DNA from: Thermomicrobiaceae bacterium
Lineage (GTDB): Bacteria > Chloroflexota > Chloroflexia > Thermomicrobiales > Thermomicrobiaceae
Direction: 5' to 3'
Assembly: GCA_014874455.1 (NCBI GenBank)
Contig: JADBJL010000026.1
Location: 96 to 64,095 of the forward strand
Length of the DNA: 64,000 nt
A program made the position numbers and the translations under genes. The notes under the pieces are model-generated. The model did not search any database. It was not told the DNA's origin and saw only the letters and a list, made by a program, of their open reading frames with translations. Positions 57,061-64,000 of this stretch are shown here, in pieces; the stretch's first letter is position 1; the number at the start of each line of letters is the position of its first letter.

Positions 57061-57942
57061 GTGAGGAGAGGTAAAGCCGTGCGAACTGACCGGCAGACTC
57101 TGCTGCGTGACAAGCGAATCGCCTTCATCGGCTGTGGCGTCATGGGCGAAGCCATCGCCTCAGCCCTGCTCCGAACCGAGCTCGTCGGTGTCCACCAGCT
57201 CACCGGCGGCGAGCCGAACCCGAAGCGCCGAAGCGAGCTCCAGGCGAAGCTGGGGCTCACGCTGACTGCTGACAACCGCGAGGCGATCCAGGGCGCTGAT
57301 CTGGTCGTGCTGGCGGTCAAACCCCAATCGCTCGACCTCGTCATCCGTGACCTCGCCGGGCAGCTTGCGCCAGGCCAAGTCGTGCTCTCGATCGTCGCCG
57401 GGGCGACGATCGAGCGGTTGAGCCGGGGATTGCAGCACGCTGCCATCGTACGCTCGATGCCCAATACTCCGGCGCAGATCGGCTACGGTGCGACCGTCTG
57501 GTATCCGGCCCCGGCTGTCGACGAGTCCGGGCAACTCCTGGTCGAGGCCGTGCTGGAGACCATGGGCCTGGCGATCCGAGTCGACAGCGAGGACGCCATC
57601 GACATGGCGACGGCCCTCAGCGGCACCGGCCCGGCCTACGTCTTCCTGATCATGGAGGCGCTGATCGACGCGGGCGTCCACCTCGGCTTCCCGCGCACCA
57701 TCGCCGAGCAGCTCGTGCAGCAGACCTTGCTCGGGTCGGTGCTGTTCGCCCAGGAGTCGGGACGGCATCCGGCTGAGCTGCGCAACATGGTGACCACACC
57801 GGGCGGCACCTCGGCGGCAGCGCTGTACGAGATGGAGCGCGGCGGCCTGCGCACGGTTATCGCGCGGGCGGTCTGGGCCGCCTACCGGCGCGCGCAGGAG
57901 TTGGGGCAAGGTCGCCGTAACGGCGGGCCAGGCGAGGGCTAG
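57061..57942 (+). CDS. proC: Pyrroline-5-carboxylate reductase
   Basis: IAFIGCGVMGEAI, VLAVKPQ, RSMPNTPAQIG, SGTGPAYVF, TTPGGTSAA. Confidence 0.9.
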   Translation: MRRGKAVRTDRQTLLRDKRIAFIGCGVMGEAIASALLRTELVGVHQLTGGEPNPKRRSELQAKLGLTLTADNREAIQGADLVVLAVKPQSLDLVIRDLAGQLAPGQVVLSIVAGATIERLSRGLQHAAIVRSMPNTPAQIGYGATVWYPAPAVDESGQLLVEAVLETMGLAIRVDSEDAIDMATALSGTGPAYVFLIMEALIDAGVHLGFPRTIAEQLVQQTLLGSVLFAQESGRHPAELRNMVTTPGGTSAAALYEMERGGLRTVIARAVWAAYRRAQELGQGRRNGGPGEG

Positions 57943-59699
57943 GGTGATCCTCGCTTCTGGGGCGTGATCTTGATCACCTGGTGTGCCGCAGCGTCGGCGA
58001 CGTAGATCGTCCCATCGAGCCCGACGGTGAGCGCCGATGGGTCGGTGAATCCGGCTGCGAACTCGGTCACCTCCGGCGGGGCGTCCCCGGTGCCCGGGAG
58101 CGCCTGGAACACGACGCCCCGGTTGCTACTCGTGGCGGCGATGAAGATGGTTCCCGGGATCACGTCAGTCCAGAGCTGGCTCGAGTAGACCAATGCTCCG
58201 TTTGCGGTGAATCCAGCAGGCAGGGTCAATACCCTCGCCGTGCCGAGCGCGGCGGCGCCCTCGCCGGTGTTTGCCCGTACGAGGCGAGGAGGTGACCGGT
58301 CTTCCTGCTCCATCACCAAGAGCAAGCGCCCCCAGACGAGCAGCGGCCCCGGCTGCCGAAAGTCACCCCCGACGGGGCTGGCAGTCGGCGGCACGACCTG
58401 GTACACACGGGGCTGCTGGGCAGCAGCGTCGAGCATGAGCGCGCCACGCAGCACCCCGGCGACGAAGATCCTCCCTCGATCGTCGATCACTGGCGCGCCT
58501 GCTGGCCCTGGGGAAGGGGAGATCTCGATCGACACCCGCTCCACGCGCTCAGCAACCCCGTTTCCGTCCACGTCCATGAAGCGGACGAGCCCTTGATCGT
58601 CGCTCACGTACACCCAGCCGGCGTGGACAGCAAGGCCACGGGGATTCACCAGGCCGCTCGCGAAGGTCGTGTACTCACTCGCGGCGCCGCTCGTATCTTC
58701 CCCGGTGACCTTCAGGATCGTGCCAGTGCCCGTGAGGATCAGGAGTTGGCCATCGGGAGACACCGCCAGGCCGACCGGGTTGTCTATCCCTTCCGCGTAG
58801 ATGCCGGCCTGGAGCCCGGGCACGGTGACGATGTGCGGAGCCGCAAGCCCTGGTCGGATCTGGGGCCACATCTGGGTCGCCTCGGCTCTGTAGCGCCAAC
58901 GGTAGTAGTGCCGGCCGGAATTAGGCACCGTGAACTGCTGATCCGCCGGCCGCTCCGGCGTGTAGACCAGGATGCGGCGCTGGAACACCTGGACGAGCGA
59001 GGGCGACGCGATGCCGTCGTAACGGTAGAGCGCCCAGTACGGCTCGCTGATCGGATACCCGAGGATTTCCACCCAGGAGACCTCGCTGAACGGCCGCCTC
59101 TTGAAGAGCTCGACCGTGACCTGGGGAAGGTTGTGCCCGGTCGCGCTCACGTACTGGGCGATCCGGATCGGAACCGGTGGCACAGCGGTGGAGACGTGCC
59201 CGTTGGCATCGATCCAGTCGCTGATTGGCTCTGGCGTGCTGGTTCGATCTTGCTCCGGCTGTTGAACCACGCGGGAAAGGCCGGCGTAGGTGGGAACACC
59301 GGGATTCGGCTCACCACCGTCGATCGGCATGACCGGCGGCGCGAGCGGCTCGGTCAAGGTGTCTCCGAGGGCGATCTGACCGGTGGTCATCTCCCAGGCC
59401 AAGAGGCCTTGAGTCACGCTTTGGTAGCCTGTATCGGCCCGGGTCTGGAGCTCCATGCGCCCGCGATCGAAGTACTGAACCAGCCGTCGCCCAGCGGGAG
59501 CATCTGCGTAGGGCTCGATCCGCCAGGTAAGCGGGCTACTCCCCCACAGATCGAGTGACCCTCCCTGCTGAGCAGACCAGAGTTGCTCAAACGCGGGGTT
59601 GGCAAAGGGAGCACTCGCGACCTGCTGGACGGGTAGAAAGCTGACAGCGATGAGGCTACCGACCAGCAAGACGAAAGACCATTTCCACACGTCGCTCAC
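57939..59699 (-). CDS. Secreted protein with a C-terminal NHL/SMP30-like beta-propeller
   Basis: Signal-like N-terminus. Repeated blades: GLAVSPDGQLLILT, GLAVHAGWVYVSDD, GAPVIDDRGRIFVAG, ALTVGLDGTIYVAD. Confidence 0.6.
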   Translation of the reverse strand: MSDVWKWSFVLLVGSLIAVSFLPVQQVASAPFANPAFEQLWSAQQGGSLDLWGSSPLTWRIEPYADAPAGRRLVQYFDRGRMELQTRADTGYQSVTQGLLAWEMTTGQIALGDTLTEPLAPPVMPIDGGEPNPGVPTYAGLSRVVQQPEQDRTSTPEPISDWIDANGHVSTAVPPVPIRIAQYVSATGHNLPQVTVELFKRRPFSEVSWVEILGYPISEPYWALYRYDGIASPSLVQVFQRRILVYTPERPADQQFTVPNSGRHYYRWRYRAEATQMWPQIRPGLAAPHIVTVPGLQAGIYAEGIDNPVGLAVSPDGQLLILTGTGTILKVTGEDTSGAASEYTTFASGLVNPRGLAVHAGWVYVSDDQGLVRFMDVDGNGVAERVERVSIEISPSPGPAGAPVIDDRGRIFVAGVLRGALMLDAAAQQPRVYQVVPPTASPVGGDFRQPGPLLVWGRLLLVMEQEDRSPPRLVRANTGEGAAALGTARVLTLPAGFTANGALVYSSQLWTDVIPGTIFIAATSSNRGVVFQALPGTGDAPPEVTEFAAGFTDPSALTVGLDGTIYVADAAAHQVIKITPQKRGSP

Positions 59700-59893
59700 C
59701 AGGCCTCGTTGTGGCGGCCAGAGCTTCTGGTTCGCTAGCGGTTGCCACGCAACGGCAAGCGGGTAGCCATCCCCCCATGCACCGCCTTCCGATATCTACA
59801 ACGGCGGTTGCCGCGCAGGGTTGCTCACACAGCCGCGTGGCCCACAGCGCTTCCGGCCGAGGAACAGGAGCACAGCACCCGTATGTGCTGGAA

Positions 59894-61303
59894 CTAGCCT
59901 TCTCCTGCCTCTTCGGTCATCGCACGCCGCCGGTGCCAGCGCAGCAGGGCCGTGCTCACTGTCAGGCCGAGAGGGATGCCGAGTGCAAGCGGCAGCACCC
60001 CGCGAGGGTTGATCCGGGTAAACGGCGTCACGGTCAGGTGGATGCCCGAGCTCGCAACCGGCAGGCTGGTCGACTCCGGGCCGGCAGGCTGAGGCACGAC
60101 GACCATGTATACCATATAGTCGCCCTTCAGGATCGCGTCGATAGTCCAGGTGTGCTCGATCGACGCGCCCGGCGCGAGCGGCTCGACGGACTGTGTGCGC
60201 TGCGGAGACCAGTCCTCGGGGTCGACCACCTCTCCCTGAAGGTTGATGATGTTCATGGCCACGATCAGCGGAGGGGAGGTCACCGAGCCAGCATTCGTCA
60301 CCCGCGTCGCGAACTCGACCTCGTCGCCAGTCTTGGCCGTCGCCCACTCGCGATCGACCGCGATCTGCACAGGCGATTCGGAGCTGGTCGCCGCCGCGGT
60401 GGGGTGAGTCATCGCGAGCAACAGCGCCAGCGCAACGGGCACCCAGGCGATAGCAGCGAGACTGGCCGCCTGGCTCCAGTCCGGCCGTGTCCTTGCCCTG
60501 CCCGGCTCCAGGCGAAGACCCGGGCTGGCGTACAGGAAGAGCAGGCCGAGGGTGAGGACGGCGAACAGGATCGGCGCCAGCAGCCAGGAGGCCATCTCCT
60601 CGACGCTCCGGTTGTTCACGGTGACCTTGGCGAGGAACACGTTCGAAGCCTCGAGCGGGTTCCACTTCTGGAGCAGGTCACCAAACGCTCCGGTCTGAGC
60701 CTGTCCCGGGAACTGGGTGGGGAGTAGGAAGACAAGGTAGGTGATCAGGCTTACCGCAAGACTGGTTCGGTTCGAACTCGACCAGAAGCTCACCAGCATG
60801 GCCAGGCCGGTAACGCCGAGGACGAGGATGGTGCCCAGGATACCGCCCCACAGCAGCGCCCAGCTCACCACCTGGCTGTCCCGGCAGAGCACCGCGATCA
60901 AGGGAATGGCGATAACGAAGGCCGCTGGCCACGGGGAGAGGGCTGCCAGGAACTTGCCGATCACGATCTGCCGGCGACTCGTCGGCGTCAGCAGGAGGCC
61001 TTCCAGCGTGCCGCGTTCCCGCTCGCCGCTGATGCTGTCCGCGCCGATGATCAGGCTCATGAACATGCCGAAGGCCACCGTGAGCTTGAGCATCAGGTAG
61101 GCGATCTCCTTGACGGGAATCAGCCGTAGCTCGTTGTTGGTCGCCATCAGGTACGCCGTGATGCCCAGCAGGACGCTGAAGAGCGTCAAGAGGACGAGCG
61201 CCTTCCCCCCGAGCCAGAGCTCAGCCAGCTCCCGCGCCAGCACTAGCCGCCAGGAACCCGAGCGATCGATCCTGCCGCCGTGGGCAATCACTGCCTCGCT
61301 CAT
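59894..61303 (-). CDS. ABC-2 type (NosY-like) permease with an inserted extracytoplasmic beta-sandwich-like domain and an extra C-terminal TM helix
   Basis: Six hydrophobic helices in the first about 270 aa. These are followed by TM, a soluble segment (VQIAVDREWATAKTGDEVEFATRVTNAGSVTS...) and another TM. ATGA overlap with the upstream ATPase gene. Confidence 0.7.
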   Translation of the reverse strand: MSEAVIAHGGRIDRSGSWRLVLARELAELWLGGKALVLLTLFSVLLGITAYLMATNNELRLIPVKEIAYLMLKLTVAFGMFMSLIIGADSISGERERGTLEGLLLTPTSRRQIVIGKFLAALSPWPAAFVIAIPLIAVLCRDSQVVSWALLWGGILGTILVLGVTGLAMLVSFWSSSNRTSLAVSLITYLVFLLPTQFPGQAQTGAFGDLLQKWNPLEASNVFLAKVTVNNRSVEEMASWLLAPILFAVLTLGLLFLYASPGLRLEPGRARTRPDWSQAASLAAIAWVPVALALLLAMTHPTAAATSSESPVQIAVDREWATAKTGDEVEFATRVTNAGSVTSPPLIVAMNIINLQGEVVDPEDWSPQRTQSVEPLAPGASIEHTWTIDAILKGDYMVYMVVVPQPAGPESTSLPVASSGIHLTVTPFTRINPRGVLPLALGIPLGLTVSTALLRWHRRRAMTEEAGEG

Positions 61304-62307
61304 CGGATCGCCTCCTCGGTGAGCTGGAGGAACACCTCCTGCAGCCGGCTGCCTTCGGCCTCGAACGTCAGGATGGGGATCTTCGCTTGGATAAGTGCCT
61401 CCAGGACAGCGTTGTGTCCGGTATCGTCTTGCGAGCGCCTATCGAGCAACTCGACCTGGAGCCAGCCTGATCCCCGCCCCTTCGGCACGACCTGCAAAAC
61501 ATTCGGCATTGCTTCCAGTACCTGTTCGGCCTGTGTTACGGCCGAGAGCGGAACCTGGACACGCACGCCGTTCCCTCGGGCCTGCCCGATGACCTCGGTT
61601 ACCGAGCCCTTGGCGACCACCTGGCCCACGCTCAGGATGACCACGTCATCGCACACGCTCTCGATCTCCGAGAGGAGATGGCTGCAGAGGACGACCGCGG
61701 CGCCACGCTCGCGCGCGATCCGCCGGATCAGCACCAGGAGCTCCTGCTGGCCACGTGGATCCAGGCCCAGCGTCGGCTCGTCGAGGAAGACGACCGCAGG
61801 GTCGTTAACGAGGGCACGCGCGATCCCCAGCCGCTGCCGCATCCCACGGCTGTAGCTGCCGATCAACGACTTCGCCCGGTACTGCAGCCCGACCACCTCC
61901 AGAAGCGCCCAGCCGATCCGTCTCGCCTCGCTGGCTGTCCATCCGTAGTGTTGACCGAAGTAGGCCAGGTACTCGAGCCCTGTCATCTCTTTGGGATAGC
62001 CCTGGCTCTCCGGCAGGACGCCGATCCTGGCGCGGATCTGCTCGGGATAGCGAGAGCTGATCCCGGCGACAGTGAAGTGCCCCCCGTCTGCTTCCAGGAT
62101 CGTCGTCAGGATCCGGATCGATGTCGTCTTGCCGGCCCCGTTCGGGCCGAGGAAGCCCAGAATGCGGCCGGGCGCCAGCGAGAACGACAGGTCTCGGAGG
62201 GCTAGCCTCCCGCCGTAGGCTTTCTGCAGGTGCTCGGCCTCCAGGATCGGCGGCTGAGTGATCGGCTCCAGGGGTTGCCCTGCGGCTGCGTGGCTCTCGG
62301 AGACCAT
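61300..62307 (-). CDS. ABC transporter ATP-binding protein
   Basis: Walker A GPNGAGKTT, signature YSRGMRQRL, Walker B VVFLDEPT. Confidence 0.95.
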   Translation of the reverse strand: MVSESHAAAGQPLEPITQPPILEAEHLQKAYGGRLALRDLSFSLAPGRILGFLGPNGAGKTTSIRILTTILEADGGHFTVAGISSRYPEQIRARIGVLPESQGYPKEMTGLEYLAYFGQHYGWTASEARRIGWALLEVVGLQYRAKSLIGSYSRGMRQRLGIARALVNDPAVVFLDEPTLGLDPRGQQELLVLIRRIARERGAAVVLCSHLLSEIESVCDDVVILSVGQVVAKGSVTEVIGQARGNGVRVQVPLSAVTQAEQVLEAMPNVLQVVPKGRGSGWLQVELLDRRSQDDTGHNAVLEALIQAKIPILTFEAEGSRLQEVFLQLTEEAIR

Positions 62308-62413
62308 GCGGTGCTCCTCCCTTCACTGCCACCCTTCGATCTTGGGGGTGACGTGATGCCGGGTCGCCTTGGAAGTTCACGGGCTAACCTGCCTGCCGAC
62401 CGGTATTAATGGC

Positions 62414-62437
62414 CTCGCCCGCCGACCGGCGGGCGAG
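62414..62437 (-). terminator. Stem-loop after the lipoprotein gene
   Basis: Perfect 10-bp stem CTCGCCCGCC / GGCGGGCGAG with a 4-nt loop. On the minus strand it is followed by the A/T-rich stretch GCCATTAATACC. Confidence 0.55.
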
Positions 62438-62443
62438 AGCGCG

Positions 62444-63367
62444 TTAGTTACCGGTCTTGAGCACTTCGGCAGGCGGTGTGCGCCCGTACAGGTATGCCCG
62501 TGCCTCTAGTTCCAGGGCCTCAGCTCGCACCTCGGCCAGCGCGTCGCCTTCCAGCTTCACGATCTCGACGAGCTCAAGCTCTTCCTGGTTCGGATCACTG
62601 CCGCGCCAGCCAACTTGCACCAGCCCGACACCGCGGGCGTAGTACTTCAGTTGAAAAGCTCCCGGCTCCTCCGCGTTGAACTCCTCGATCACGAGCACGT
62701 CGTCGAAGCTGCCGTAAGCAACTGACGCCTTCGCGCCCAGCTCAGCGACGCGAGCCCGATCAGTCCAGTTGAAGGGGGTCGGCGCATAGCCCTGCGAGTA
62801 GTCCGGGGTGTTCGGGCGGGGATCAGCCTGCACCATGATGCCGGCTCGGGCACCCTCGGTATACTCCTGGAGCCACACCCGGCCACCAACGAACTCGGTC
62901 TCATCGTACGTCTCGCGGTACTGGCCGAAGTGCCAAACGTTTCCCTCTCGATCCTGAGCGAAGAACGTCAGCTCGGCCTCGACCAGCCGATCGTCCTGGT
63001 AATCCCGATCGAAGATCACCAGCGTCCGGACGCCAGCAATCTCTTTCGTCAGATCCGTGACCGTGAAGACGATGCGATGCGCTACTTTCTCCCCGTTCTC
63101 GATCGAGAAACCCTCGTAGATGAACTGGGTGCCTGGCGTCAGCGGCCACCACTGGTTGTCGATCGTGGTCGAGCTCTCGTCGAAGAGCGCCGGGTCGAAG
63201 TTCTCGAGCCGCAGGGGCTCGGACGTCTCGGCCACAGCCTCGGTCGGGGTAGCCTCCGTGGAGCCGGTGGTTGCGGATTCGGCCAGCGAGCAAGCGCCGA
63301 GCAGCAGGGCGACTATCAGCACGAACATCGGTCGAAGAGGCCTTCTCGTTCGCCTTCCAGAACGCAT
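62444..63367 (-). CDS. Hypothetical lipoprotein
   Basis: Lipobox LLLGACS, a Thr/Glu-rich linker, then a globular domain. No family recognised. Confidence 0.6.
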   Translation of the reverse strand: MRSGRRTRRPLRPMFVLIVALLLGACSLAESATTGSTEATPTEAVAETSEPLRLENFDPALFDESSTTIDNQWWPLTPGTQFIYEGFSIENGEKVAHRIVFTVTDLTKEIAGVRTLVIFDRDYQDDRLVEAELTFFAQDREGNVWHFGQYRETYDETEFVGGRVWLQEYTEGARAGIMVQADPRPNTPDYSQGYAPTPFNWTDRARVAELGAKASVAYGSFDDVLVIEEFNAEEPGAFQLKYYARGVGLVQVGWRGSDPNQEELELVEIVKLEGDALAEVRAEALELEARAYLYGRTPPAEVLKTGN

Positions 63368-63394
63368 GGCGATGGCTCTCCTTCCGTGGCTCTC

Positions 63395-64000
63395 TTAATC
63401 CGCCGTGCCGGCTGTGGCGGGATCAGGGCCTTCGACTCTCTTCCATCTCCGCGCGAAGTGCAGGTACAGGGAGGGGACGACGAAGAGGTTGAGCAAGGTG
63501 GAGGTCACCAGCCCTCCCAGAATCACCACCGCCATCGGGTACTCGATCTCGTGGCCGGGTATGCTACCGGCGACGACGAGCGGCACCAGGGCCAGCGCGG
63601 TCGTCGAAGCCGTCATCAAGATGGGGGAGAGCCGCTCCTTCGCCCCCCGCAGCACCAGCCCCGGCCCAAACACCTCCCCCTCCTCCCGCTCCAAGTGCTG
63701 GTAGTGGCTCAACAGCATGATCCCGTTCCGCCCCGCTATCCCCAGCACCGTCAGCAACCCCACCAGCGACCCCAGCGAGATCGTCCGATCCGAGACCAGC
63801 ACCGCCAGCACGCCCCCCACCAGCGCCGAGGGCAGGGTCAGAAAGATCAGCGCCGCCAGCCGCCAGCTCCCAAAGGAGGCCTGCAAGAGCAGAAAGATCA
63901 AAACCACCGCCGCCAGGGCGAAGGAGAGCAGCGTCCGCTCGGCCGCCTGCCGCTCGGCAAACTCGCCCAGCACCGTGGCGTGGTACTCCAGCGGGAACGA
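63395..64000 (-). CDS. RND efflux permease, CzcA/CusA-like (C-terminal part; gene continues beyond the right edge)
   Basis: [19 protein letters not shown]...[29 protein letters not shown] is the typical RND C-terminus. The frame stays open to position 64000. Confidence 0.85.
   Translation of the reverse strand, partial: SFPLEYHATVLGEFAERQAAERTLLSFALAAVVLIFLLLQASFGSWRLAALIFLTLPSALVGGVLAVLVSDRTISLGSLVGLLTVLGIAGRNGIMLLSHYQHLEREEGEVFGPGLVLRGAKERLSPILMTASTTALALVPLVVAGSIPGHEIEYPMAVVILGGLVTSTLLNLFVVPSLYLHFARRWKRVEGPDPATAGTAD

Overview
High-GC bacterial chromosome segment: sampled lines are about 65-70% G+C, with a few clearly AT-richer islands. Gene content (ba3-type oxidase with a subunit IIa-like mini-ORF, fused CtaA-CtaB, prkA-yeaH-spoVR, many GGAGG ribosome-binding sites) suggests Chloroflexota/Thermomicrobia or Deinococcus-Thermus, but that is only inference.

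I support about 55 protein genes. No rRNA, tRNA, CRISPR array or intact IS element was seen.

Main blocks, left to right:
- FtsH-like protease (partial).
- CoA-transferase, GH38 mannosidase and an FAD oxidoreductase.
- A decayed low-GC island (9.5-10.8 kb).
- A secreted DNRLRE-FN3-metallophosphoesterase, a CE4 deacetylase and an SDR.
- A second low-GC island (15.4-16.3 kb) next to DUF2851 and a Uma2 nuclease.
- A six-gene minus-strand copper cluster: two-domain multicopper oxidase, ZIP transporter, His-rich membrane protein, two SCO paralogs, PCuAC.
- An M55 peptidase, then about 1 kb of structured non-coding DNA.
- prkA-yeaH-spoVR.
- Prepilin peptidase, aroE, mltG, miaA, two Gfo/Idh/MocA genes, mutY.
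- A GAF histidine kinase with a NarL-type regulator.
- ctaG, a ba3-type oxidase, fused ctaA-ctaB and a radical SAM/SPASM protein.
- A phage-derived trio: terminase large subunit, MuF-like zinc ribbon, HsdR_N-like protein.
- A ring-cleaving dioxygenase and an AbrB/PIN toxin-antitoxin locus with an odd fusion.
- GH15, creatininase, proC.
- A secreted beta-propeller, an ABC-2 exporter, a lipoprotein and a partial RND pump.

Many long ORFs in the supplied track are antisense or off-frame shadows typical of high-GC DNA, and I rejected them. All family calls come from motifs read by eye, with no database search. Start codons were refined where a GGAGG-type site supports an internal start.

The regions most worth follow-up are the orphan terminase/MuF/HsdR_N island, the ZIP-containing copper operon, the low-GC uORF/TM-protein cassette, and the GATC-dense structured region upstream of prkA.
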